Shown one piece after another: positions 20,596 to 29,445 of a stretch of 64,000 bases of DNA. The position numbers and the translations under genes are program-made. A model generated the notes under the pieces. The model saw only the letters and a program-made list of their open reading frames with translations, searched no databases and had not been told where the DNA came from. The DNA is taken from positions 35,857 through 99,856 of the forward strand of contig CANMPD010000012.1 of the NCBI GenBank assembly GCA_947499635.1, given 5' to 3'. Origin of the DNA: an uncultured Rhodobacteraceae bacterium. Its GTDB lineage: Bacteria > Pseudomonadota > Alphaproteobacteria > Rhodobacterales > Rhodobacteraceae. How positions within the stretch are numbered: the stretch's first letter is position 1; every line of letters begins with the position of its first letter.

Positions 20596-20624
20596 TCTAT
20601 ACGGTGGATTATATCATCTGACAA
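20596..20624 (-). promoter_or_regulatory. candidate promoter of the S10 block
   Basis: Minus strand reads TTGTCA (20619-20624), 17 nt, TATAGA (20596-20601), about 120 nt upstream of rpsJ. Confidence 0.3.
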
Positions 20625-20656
20625 GTAGGTGAACGGAAAAACAGATACAGCGCACA

Positions 20657-21100
20657 CTATGTTACACTCTTCTGTGGTTTGATCACAGAACGCACGCCCA
20701 AAGACTGATAAAACCGCAACAAGTACCCGTCAGGATCAGCAACAATAAACTGCCGATTACCATGTTCCTGCGCGGCATTTCGGTACCACTTATCTTCTAA
20801 CTCAAGATACAACGCGATATCAGCGCGTTGCAAGGCCTCGGCCAAATCGAGAATATCAGAGACTTCGATCTGAAGATTAACCCCGCGGCCAAACGGATAA
20901 GAGTCGGGCCCGTACCCATCATCAAAGGTTCGTCCCATATCAACCTGATCCAACATAATCTCAGCACCGTCACGGCTTAAATAAGCGAACCCTTCCTCTG
21001 CGCGTTCATATTCGCATGTAAATCCCAAAACATCACAATAAAAGCGTTTAGAAGTCGTGCAGCTACGTACTGCCAATTCAGGGACAAGAACATTGGCCAT
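20657..21100 (-). CDS. VOC family (glyoxalase/bleomycin-resistance-like) protein
   Basis: 147 aa. RFYCDVLGFTCEYERAEEGFAYL...FIVADPDGYLLRFYQ is the typical beta-alpha-beta-beta-beta VOC pattern. Confidence 0.7.
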   Translation of the reverse strand: MANVLVPELAVRSCTTSKRFYCDVLGFTCEYERAEEGFAYLSRDGAEIMLDQVDMGRTFDDGYGPDSYPFGRGVNLQIEVSDILDLAEALQRADIALYLELEDKWYRNAAQEHGNRQFIVADPDGYLLRFYQSLGVRSVIKPQKSVT

Positions 21101-21367
21101 AGCAGCCCCCTCTCAGTATAGTTTGAACATCTATATGACGCGTACTGGTTAGGGCGGGTTTATATCCTGCACATGACAGTTCACTATTTGGGCTTCAAAC
21201 AAAGGCTAAATACGCTGTACTGCCACTGAATGTACTGTCGTTTAAACCAACCTGATTGGCACATAGACACCGAGTGATATTTTCATTCACGTAACCGTGA
21301 GAGGAAATGCGCCACGAGGCTGCTAGATATATATACTGAACTCCCTTCCTCTGCAGGAGATTATATT

Positions 21368-21856
21368 ATGTTTAATCCATTCCAATCGCGCCGCAGTTTA
21401 TTGACTGGTCTTGCGGCAACAGCCATCACAGGCAGTGCGTTGCGTACCCTCCCCGCGCGCGCGCAAGGCATACAGCCGACCCCAACCATGCGTGGCGGAG
21501 CAAACAATTACCGCCCTAACGCACCTATCGTGGACAAAATCGGTGGTGGTGGTTTTTGGATGACCGGCTCTGTGCGCCGTGCTGGTGATGGCGTGCCGCT
21601 CAGCGGGCAACGGATTCAAATCTGGGCACACACCACCGAAGGCCACGAGCGCGACCCACACAGCCACGGTGCAACTTTGACGGACAGCAATGGCCAGTTT
21701 CGCCTAGAGATGCCGCAGATTGTTCCTGCCTTTGGGCAACCTCATGGTCACTTGGCATATGACGGCGACACCTTTCAGACGGTTTTCTTACGTCCCGTCA
21801 TGGCCAGCCCCAACGAGACCAGCCTGCATGTGGATTTCGTACTGATCCCTGCATAA
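21368..21856 (+). CDS. TAT-exported small beta-sandwich protein (intradiol-dioxygenase-like fold)
   Basis: Twin-arginine signal SRRSLLTGLAATAITGSA...ARA-QG. The mature part, GSVRRAGDGVPLSGQRIQIWAH...TDSNGQFRLEM, resembles dioxygenase-C/CarboxypepD_reg-type sandwiches and is His-rich. Confidence 0.55.
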   Translation: MFNPFQSRRSLLTGLAATAITGSALRTLPARAQGIQPTPTMRGGANNYRPNAPIVDKIGGGGFWMTGSVRRAGDGVPLSGQRIQIWAHTTEGHERDPHSHGATLTDSNGQFRLEMPQIVPAFGQPHGHLAYDGDTFQTVFLRPVMASPNETSLHVDFVLIPA

Positions 21857-21860
21857 TCTC

Positions 21861-22469
21861 GTGTCTAAATATACTTCAGCTGGGGTTTGGCTCGGCCTGT
21901 TTGGCATCGCTGTGCTGGCGTTTGCGGGCGCGGCCAACAGCCCGCTTCTGGCGTGGCGCGATCCTGTCTACATTGTTGCGGGCTTTTCCGGCGTTGCCGC
22001 ACTCGTTTTGTTATTGGTGCAACCCCTGCTGGCCGCAGGGCTGCTACGAGGAATAAGCCGCATACGCGCACGACGTTTGCATCGCTGGATCGGGGGCGGA
22101 TTAACCGCTGCGGTGGTCATACATGTCGCAACCCTGTGGCGTACCAGCCCGCCGGATGTGGTGGACGCCCTTCTCTATCGGTCCCCGACACCGTTTTCGG
22201 TTTGGGGCGTCAGTGCGATGTGGGTGCTATTTGTGACCGCATTCCTTGTTGGTTTGCGCAAGAAACTGCGTCTACGGCCAACGGTATGGAGCCAATGGCA
22301 TCGCGGCCTCGTAACCGCTGTATCTGTGGGGAGCATTGCTCATACCATACAGATCACAGGAACGATGGAAAGCGTAAGTAAATGGCTACTATGTGGCGCC
22401 GTACTGTGTGCAACGGCATGGGCCGTTTGGCTGCGTGACCTGTTGCGATCACGCGGCCCAAACGCCTAA
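21861..22469 (+). CDS. ferric-reductase-like (YedZ/MsrQ-type) transmembrane protein
   Basis: 202 aa, GTG start 4 nt after the upstream stop. About 5-6 TM helices with intramembrane His (LHRWIG, VVIHVATLW, QWHRGLV, SIAHTIQ). Confidence 0.6.
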   Translation: MSKYTSAGVWLGLFGIAVLAFAGAANSPLLAWRDPVYIVAGFSGVAALVLLLVQPLLAAGLLRGISRIRARRLHRWIGGGLTAAVVIHVATLWRTSPPDVVDALLYRSPTPFSVWGVSAMWVLFVTAFLVGLRKKLRLRPTVWSQWHRGLVTAVSVGSIAHTIQITGTMESVSKWLLCGAVLCATAWAVWLRDLLRSRGPNA

Positions 22470-22491
22470 GCGCTTGGGCTTAAAGCTTAAC

Positions 22492-23415
22492 TCAAAGCTC
22501 ACTCAGCCACGGTGGGTTGGCCCCCGCGCGGGTGACTGTGATGGCAGCAACCGCTGCACCATTGGCCATCGCTGTTTGTAAGTCTTCACCGGACAAACCA
22601 CGCAGCGCTGATTTCGTCAGCAAGCCCATTTCATCCAACTTAGCAATTGTGCCAGCGTTAAACGTATCACCTGCACCGACCGTATCGATCACGTCGACTT
22701 TTGGAGCCGATACAGAAACAAATGTACCATCCGGCAACAATCCCATGGCGCCATCACCGCCACGGGTGACAATGACCACCGCAGGCCCCAAAGCTTGCAA
22801 GGCCCGCGCTTGGTTTTCAAGACCTTCAACATCCGGAATAACCCAAGCAAGATCTTCGTCAGAGACTTTGACCAAATCGGCCTGTGCCAACATCTGTGTC
22901 TGACGCACCCGGTAACGGTCCTCATCCGGCGCAAACCCCAAACGGATGTTAGGATCCATAACCACAGCGCGCTGTGCACCTTCACGAGACAAAAACGCCG
23001 CATAGGTATCGGCACCGGGTTCACACGCAAGTGAGATACCACCAAAGAACAAAGCGCCGATATCATCACCAAGCACCGGCAGATCCTGCACACTCAGCAT
23101 ACGACCGGCCGTATTTTCATCATAGAACATGTATTTCGCATGCCCGTCGGTCAGCGTCACAAAGGCCAAGGTCGTTGGCCGGTCTGAACGCACCAAATAG
23201 TCAATCCCAACCTGACTGTCCTCGAGTGCTTGCGCCAACTGCGCCCCAAAGGGGTCGTGGGACACACCGCTCAGCAGGTGTACTTTACGCCCCAAACGGC
23301 CCAAAGACACTGCGGTATTAAAAACCGCCCCACCCACATGCGCACCATAGGTTGGCGTGCCAGTGGCATCGGTTGGGATCATGTCTATCAACGCTTCACC
23401 GCAGCATAGGATCAT
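22492..23415 (-). CDS. PfkB-family carbohydrate kinase (fructokinase-like)
   Basis: MILCCGEALIDMIP... N-terminus and C-terminal DTVGAGDTFNAG motif. Start set at the third ATG (GGAAG RBS); the ORF extends to 23430. Confidence 0.85.
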   Translation of the reverse strand: MILCCGEALIDMIPTDATGTPTYGAHVGGAVFNTAVSLGRLGRKVHLLSGVSHDPFGAQLAQALEDSQVGIDYLVRSDRPTTLAFVTLTDGHAKYMFYDENTAGRMLSVQDLPVLGDDIGALFFGGISLACEPGADTYAAFLSREGAQRAVVMDPNIRLGFAPDEDRYRVRQTQMLAQADLVKVSDEDLAWVIPDVEGLENQARALQALGPAVVIVTRGGDGAMGLLPDGTFVSVSAPKVDVIDTVGAGDTFNAGTIAKLDEMGLLTKSALRGLSGEDLQTAMANGAAVAAITVTRAGANPPWLSEL

Positions 23416-23686
23416 CTGAACTTCCATCATTTGTTGAAACGGGCAGCGCCCTTATCCGCGCCAGACGCTAGTGGAAAACGTCCCGTAAGGGAACAATAAT
23501 TCACGACACCTAGCCCGATATAATGTCGCTTTGCACCTAAGTGTCCAAGAATAAAAGCACAAAACACCCCGACTCTCGTTAGCGCAAACAATTTAATGAC
23601 CTAATTTAGACCTCTGCCCTATGCCATAGGCGCACAAACGCAGCAAAAACATTGCCCTTTAGCCCTAATATTGCGAAGCAGGCCGT

Positions 23687-24664
23687 ATGAACAAAACATC
23701 CGCACGCACCGATCTGAGTCTGAAATGGCTAGAAGTTTTCCAAATCTGTGCCCAGCGCGGGTCGTTGCAGTCCGTGGCCAAGGAAACCGGTCTCTCGGTG
23801 AGTACCGTTTCACATCATTTGCGCAGTCTTGAAAAGGCGCTTGGGGCACAATTGCTGGATCACAAGCGTCGCCCGATGGTGCTAACCCCTAAAGGTCAAG
23901 TCTTCCTGCGCACGATCGAGGATGCCTTGACCACTATTCGCAAAGCGCAAGCTGAGGCGTCATCCGGCGATGTGGCCGAGGTGCGATATCTACGAATTGC
24001 CACAATCGAGGATTTCGACAGCGAAATTGCACCAGAATTGGCGGTATCTTTGTTCAAGAACATGCCCAATTGCGATTTTCGCTATATCACCGACGACAGT
24101 CACATGATGTTTGACATGTTGCGCGACCGCAAGTTGGACCTCGCGATTTCGACCGAACCCGCAGAACGCATCCCTGAATTAATCGACCGGCCCATCCTGC
24201 GCGATCCTTACGTGCTGGTGATGCCCGCGCATGGCAACCACACAGTGCGTGACGTGATTGATGGCACCGCTGAACTGCCTCTCTTGCGATTCTCCAGCGA
24301 CCAGATCGTCGCCCGTCAAATCGAAGCCCAACTGCGTCGCAGTGATGTGGTATTCCCCCATCGATTTGAATGCAGCAATCATCAGACTTTGATGGCGATG
24401 GTCGCAGCCGGGACCGGTTGGACGATCACAACGCCTATGCTTTTTTCACGTTCTAAACAGTTTCACCACGCGCTGGCTGTGCATCCTTTTCCTGGCAAAA
24501 GCTTTTCGCGAACGATCAGTTTGGTCAGCAACGCAGATTGTTCGCAAGCTGTACTAGAACTCGTTGAGAGCGAAATACGGCGATTGATCACGCGGATATC
24601 TATTGAACCCGTAGTCGATCAACTTCCTTGGCTGTCGAACAGTTTTCGATTGGTAGATCTGTAA
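23687..24664 (+). CDS. LysR-family transcriptional regulator
   Basis: 325 aa. N-terminal wHTH LKWLEVFQICAQRGSLQSVAKETGLSVSTVSHHLRSLE. Confidence 0.9.
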   Translation: MNKTSARTDLSLKWLEVFQICAQRGSLQSVAKETGLSVSTVSHHLRSLEKALGAQLLDHKRRPMVLTPKGQVFLRTIEDALTTIRKAQAEASSGDVAEVRYLRIATIEDFDSEIAPELAVSLFKNMPNCDFRYITDDSHMMFDMLRDRKLDLAISTEPAERIPELIDRPILRDPYVLVMPAHGNHTVRDVIDGTAELPLLRFSSDQIVARQIEAQLRRSDVVFPHRFECSNHQTLMAMVAAGTGWTITTPMLFSRSKQFHHALAVHPFPGKSFSRTISLVSNADCSQAVLELVESEIRRLITRISIEPVVDQLPWLSNSFRLVDL

Positions 24665-24810
24665 AACAACCCAAAAATGAGGCGAGACATAAATTAATTC
24701 TCATATTGTCGAATTTGTATTCTGAATATTTCGAAAATCCTGCGTGAGGCATTGTTTTTGCCTGCGGGTTGACCCTTGCTTGGCGAAAATCCTTTTGCAA
24801 AGGCAGTCCG

Positions 24811-26124
24811 ATGGCCATCACGTACCTCAAGAAAGCGACCCCGCGCCCCGTCACCGAGAACACTCAAATCCGCGACATCGTCCGTGATATGTTGTCAACA
24901 ATCGCCGCTGGCGGAGAAGATGCCGCACGCGATTACGCCCAAAAGCTTGATGGTTGGGAAGGTGATATTGTGCTGTCGGCCCAAGATCGCGCCGCAGCTT
25001 GTGCCCGTGTTCCACAACAAACCAAAGACGACATCACCTTTGCGCAATCCAACATTCAACGCTTTGCCCAAGCGCAAATGAGCACGATCTCTGACTGCGA
25101 AATCGAGATCATCCCCGGCCTGACCGCTGGCCAAAAACAAATCCCCGTTTCAAGTGCCGGCTGTTATGTGCCCGGTGGCCGCTATAGCCACATCGCCAGT
25201 GCGTTGATGACCATCACAACGGCCAAAGTGGCCGGTGTAAAGCATATCACGGCCATCTCTCCGACCCGTCCGGGCCTTGGTATCCCAGATCCGATTATCT
25301 ACGCGATGGACCTGTGCGGCGCCGATTTGATTTTGAATCTTGGTGGGGTCCAAGGCATTGCTGCAATGGCGCAGGGGCTATTTGGCGGCAAGCCTGCTGA
25401 CATCCTTGTTGGTCCCGGAAACGCCTTTGTCGCCGAAGCCAAGCGAATGCTATTCGGTGAAATCGGCATCGATATGCTGGCGGGTCCGACCGACTCTCTG
25501 GTGATTGCGGATCATACTGCCGATGCAGATATTGTCGCTTGGGATCTGGTGTCTCAGGCGGAACACGGCAGTGACAGCCCTGTCTGGCTGGTTGCGACAG
25601 ACCAAGCTCTAGCCAAAGCCGTGATGACGAAGGTTGACGCAATGATTGACAGCTTACCAGACCCAAACTCCTCTGCTGCACGCATTGCCTGGGACGAACG
25701 TGCAGAGGTTGTGGTATGCGACACCCGCGAAGAAGCCGCGCAGGTTTGCGACCGCTATGCTCCAGAACATCTGCATGTACAATGTGCTGACCTAGACTGG
25801 TGGCTAACTTCGCTCACCGCCTATGGGTCGTTGTTCTTAGGACAAAACACCACTGTTGCATTTGGCGACAAAACATCTGGCCCAAACCACGTGCTGCCGA
25901 CATCTGGCGCGGCGCGCTATACTGGTGGTTTATCCGTACATAAGTTCACCAAAACCGTAACCTGGCAGCGTTGTGATGCAGATGCCTCTCATGAATTGGG
26001 GCTGCGCACAGCGCGCATCAGCCGTATAGAAGGCATGGAAGGTCACGCGCGTGCAGCAGATTTGCGTATCAAAAGGCCTGTAGAAGCAGTTCTCGATCAA
26101 GGTGTCGATAAAGCTTTGGGCTGA
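24811..26124 (+). CDS. histidinol-dehydrogenase-family NAD-dependent dehydrogenase (non-his-operon paralog; HpsN-like?)
   Basis: 437 aa from ATG 24811 (MAITYLKKA...). HisD-family core (QAEHG, GDK.SGPNHVLPT). Not in a his context and directly downstream of a LysR gene. Confidence 0.75.
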   Translation: MAITYLKKATPRPVTENTQIRDIVRDMLSTIAAGGEDAARDYAQKLDGWEGDIVLSAQDRAAACARVPQQTKDDITFAQSNIQRFAQAQMSTISDCEIEIIPGLTAGQKQIPVSSAGCYVPGGRYSHIASALMTITTAKVAGVKHITAISPTRPGLGIPDPIIYAMDLCGADLILNLGGVQGIAAMAQGLFGGKPADILVGPGNAFVAEAKRMLFGEIGIDMLAGPTDSLVIADHTADADIVAWDLVSQAEHGSDSPVWLVATDQALAKAVMTKVDAMIDSLPDPNSSAARIAWDERAEVVVCDTREEAAQVCDRYAPEHLHVQCADLDWWLTSLTAYGSLFLGQNTTVAFGDKTSGPNHVLPTSGAARYTGGLSVHKFTKTVTWQRCDADASHELGLRTARISRIEGMEGHARAADLRIKRPVEAVLDQGVDKALG

Positions 26125-26214
26125 GTGTCACCGCGGCATTGGCAAAGATCGGATCCTATGTCATTTCGGCGTTACGATTTTCGGCTAAGTGAGTGCCGAG
26201 ACAAGGAGGCCAGT

Positions 26215-26898
26215 GTGACATTTACGCGATACGCGATTTATTACGCCCCAGATGCAGATGCACCCTGGGCCAAGTGGTCTACGGCATGGCTGGGTTGGGA
26301 TATGGGCGCAAGCACCGAGGTCAAGCACCCCTCTATCCCCGAGTTAGATATTGCAGCAATCACGCAAACACCGCGTAAATATGGGCTGCATGCCACGATT
26401 AAACCTCCCATGTATTTGGCCAAAGGGACCAGCGTCGATCAATTGGATACGGCCTGTGCCGCATTGGCCAAACGGCTGTCGCCGGTGACACAAGATGGGT
26501 TGAAACTGGTCCGCCTAGGGCGTTTTCTAGCTTTGCGACCCATTGGTGACGAGAGTAATTTAGCTGCCTTAGCTGCAGCTTGCGTCCGCGAACTGGACAT
26601 ATTTCGCGCCCCCGCGACCCCTGAAGATCTGCAACGCCGTCGCGCCACAGAACTGAGCGAAACCCAGGAAGCCAATTTGATCAACTGGGGTTACCCCTAT
26701 GTGATGGATCAATTCCGGTTTCACATCACATTGACCGGAAAGCTCGACAAACCGACGCTTGCAGCAACAGAAACTGCGCTCATGCAACACCTTGCGCCGC
26801 TGCTGCCCAAGCCATTTGAGATTAAGGCGCTGGTCTTGGCAGGCCAAGCGGATGATGGACGGTTTCACCTGATCAAACGCTATGATCTCGCTATGTAG
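26215..26898 (+). CDS. DUF1045 protein (2H-phosphoesterase superfamily, phosphonate-metabolism-associated family)
   Basis: VTFTRYAIYYAP..., two H-x-T motifs (GLHATIKPP, RFHITLTG). GTG start at 26215 with AGGAGG 5 nt upstream. Confidence 0.75.
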   Translation: MTFTRYAIYYAPDADAPWAKWSTAWLGWDMGASTEVKHPSIPELDIAAITQTPRKYGLHATIKPPMYLAKGTSVDQLDTACAALAKRLSPVTQDGLKLVRLGRFLALRPIGDESNLAALAAACVRELDIFRAPATPEDLQRRRATELSETQEANLINWGYPYVMDQFRFHITLTGKLDKPTLAATETALMQHLAPLLPKPFEIKALVLAGQADDGRFHLIKRYDLAM

Positions 26899-27103
26899 GC
26901 CATTGCAGATGCCACGATACTGACGTCTCGCCGCCGTGCAGAGCGCCGCATGAAACAATCGACCCTCTCCCGCGCCAAACATCCACTAGGCTTGTGGTGT
27001 CAACTTTCATAGTGATTTTGGCTGTATACGGCCCTAGGCGTTGCCCATCCAAGGCGCTATAGCTACCAAAATCTCACGAGTCACCCCATCAGGAGGCGCC
27101 TTT

Positions 27104-27793
27104 ATGGCCTTTGACCGCTCTATCAAAATTGCCCCGTCGATCCTTTCTGCTGATTTCGCCAACTTCGGCCAAGAAATCCAAGCCATCGAAGCCCAAGGGG
27201 CCGATTGGGTTCATATCGACGTCATGGACGGTCACTTTGTTCCCAACCTCACCTTTGGTCCGCAGGCTGTGAAAGCGTTTCGTCCACATGTCAAAACGGT
27301 CATGGATGTGCATCTCATGATTTCACCGGTTGATGCCTATATCGACGCCTATGCCGATGCAGGCGCAGATGCCCTAACCGCACATATCGAAGCAGGGCCG
27401 CATATCCACCGCACGCTTCAGGCCATTCGTGGCGCAGGTATGAAAGCGGGCGTCGCATTGAACCCTGGCACACCTGCCGAAGCAATGGCGCATCTTTTGG
27501 ACCTGACGGATCTGATCTGCGTTATGACCGTGAACCCTGGTTTTGGTGGCCAGAAATTCATCGATATGACCAGCAAAATCAGCCAGCTGCGCAGGATGAT
27601 TGGCGACCGCCCAATCCACATCGAAATCGACGGTGGCGTTGACCCGAAAACCGCACCTTTGGTTGCACAGGCTGGCGCAGATGTCCTCGTGGCAGGGTCC
27701 GCCGTCTTCCGTGGCGGCTCAGTAGACAGCCCCGAAGTTTACGGTGAAAATATCCGCAATATCCGCGCTGCAGCGCAAGGCAGTTGGGCTTAA
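27104..27793 (+). CDS. rpe: ribulose-phosphate 3-epimerase
   Basis: MAFDRSIKIAPSILSADFANFGQEI...HIDVMDGHFVPNLTFG. ORF start trimmed to ATG 27104. Confidence 0.95.
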   Translation: MAFDRSIKIAPSILSADFANFGQEIQAIEAQGADWVHIDVMDGHFVPNLTFGPQAVKAFRPHVKTVMDVHLMISPVDAYIDAYADAGADALTAHIEAGPHIHRTLQAIRGAGMKAGVALNPGTPAEAMAHLLDLTDLICVMTVNPGFGGQKFIDMTSKISQLRRMIGDRPIHIEIDGGVDPKTAPLVAQAGADVLVAGSAVFRGGSVDSPEVYGENIRNIRAAAQGSWA

Positions 27794-27813
27794 TTCAGGC
27801 CCAATCATATCGC

Positions 27814-29445
27814 TCAACACGCGTGTAGGCAGTCGCGTTTTCGCAGCTGCCCGCGCATTGTGCTTTCGGCGCAGATATCCAGACACAAGCCAAGAACCTT
27901 ACGACTGTCACGTGGGTCAATCATCCCCATGTCAAGGCATTGCCCCGAGCTCACAAAAGCATCTGATTGACCTGCGACGATAGACTGCAGGCGTTCACGT
28001 TGATGCGCCAAACGCCCCTCGTCTACGGCCAATCCGCGCCTGCGCGCAGACCGCCGCGCCACCTGATCCATAGTTTGCGCGGCATCAGCGCTGTTCATGA
28101 CGCCGGTCACCGCATTCGGCCATGTAAACAGGAAATCGGATCCCCCTGCACCGCCGCCTAAGGCATAACTGGCCGCACCGAAGCTTTCCCCAATCTTGAG
28201 ACTTATTTTGGGGACTTTTAACCCAGCCACGGTGCGCACGAGGCGCGCCGCCAGTTGAACAATACCGCTGCGTTCAGCCTGCCGCCCCGTGGCAAATCCG
28301 CGTGTATTATGCAGGAAAATCACCGCCGTCCCTGTGACCTCAGCGCGCTGCAGGAACTGCATGATCTTGCGCGTGCCATCTGGATCAATCAGGTCATTAT
28401 GGGCAACAATCGCAACCGCGTGCCCACAAAGCCGTGCGTTAAAACATAGGCTTGCAGGTCCATAACCCGGCTTAAACGGGCGCAGCTCACCATCATCGAC
28501 CAACACAGAAATAAGATTTTTGATGTCCCACGGCAGACCCTGCCGATCTGTTATGATATCTAGCACATCCTTACACTGCGTCTCTGCTTGCTGAGCAACA
28601 TTCGCTACAACGGACCCCGACCGTGCCGGTATCTTGGTCCAATCCAAGCCCGCAATAACATCACGAGCGCGCTGAATTGCATCGGTATCATCCTTGGCGA
28701 GCACATCCACAAGGCCTGTGACCTCTGCATGAAGTTCAGCACCACCCAATGCCTCATCGCGGGCGACCTCTCCTGTAGTTGCGCGAACCTGTGCCGCGCC
28801 AGCCATCATGGCCGTCGCCTGACCCCGAACCGCGATCACCGCATCTGCCAACCCTGGCAAAAGCGCATTTGTCCCAATCGCTGTCCCATGGAGCACCGTT
28901 ACAATTGGTATGCCCTGAGCTGTCAGCTCGCTCAGCGCGACAAAAACCGACCCTGCCTGCCCCCACTGACCCGCATCACAGCGCATTAGATCAATGCCGA
29001 TACTGTCCATAAGGTGCACAAATGGCAACTTTTTCTGTTTAGCGATACCAATAACACCCAACAGTTTATCAACGGTCTTTGCCCGTAGTGCCCCTGCGTT
29101 GATGCCTGCATCATCGACACAAATCACACAGCGCACACCACGGATAAACCCAACCCCTGCCAGCAAGGATGCCCCCGGCACTGAACTTTCTGGATCAGGA
29201 TCATCTACCAGATAAGACGCCATATTGTATAATTCGAGATAGGGTGCGTCGGCATCTAAGATAGCGGAGAGCCGAGCCCGCGCTGACATCTGGCCACGCT
29301 GGTCTAGCAGAGCTCTGCGGGCTTCGGATCGAACCGCTGCTCGGGTTTGTAAGCGTTTCAGACGATCAATTAAGTCTTCAACCTCGGCACGGCTGGAAAC
29401 AACACTGGTCGTCGCAGGAAGAATAGTACCGTTGATAGCATTCAT
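27814..29445 (-). CDS. acyl-CoA carboxylase carboxyltransferase (beta-subunit family), divergent and stand-alone
   Basis: 543 aa with the two-crotonase-lobe layout of MCC/PCC/GCC beta subunits (...ATTGEVARDEALGGAELH..., ...GESFGAASYALGG...). GAAAGGAG RBS. No biotin-carboxylase or BCCP gene nearby. Confidence 0.75.
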   Translation of the reverse strand: MNAINGTILPATTSVVSSRAEVEDLIDRLKRLQTRAAVRSEARRALLDQRGQMSARARLSAILDADAPYLELYNMASYLVDDPDPESSVPGASLLAGVGFIRGVRCVICVDDAGINAGALRAKTVDKLLGVIGIAKQKKLPFVHLMDSIGIDLMRCDAGQWGQAGSVFVALSELTAQGIPIVTVLHGTAIGTNALLPGLADAVIAVRGQATAMMAGAAQVRATTGEVARDEALGGAELHAEVTGLVDVLAKDDTDAIQRARDVIAGLDWTKIPARSGSVVANVAQQAETQCKDVLDIITDRQGLPWDIKNLISVLVDDGELRPFKPGYGPASLCFNARLCGHAVAIVAHNDLIDPDGTRKIMQFLQRAEVTGTAVIFLHNTRGFATGRQAERSGIVQLAARLVRTVAGLKVPKISLKIGESFGAASYALGGGAGGSDFLFTWPNAVTGVMNSADAAQTMDQVARRSARRRGLAVDEGRLAHQRERLQSIVAGQSDAFVSSGQCLDMGMIDPRDSRKVLGLCLDICAESTMRGQLRKRDCLHAC

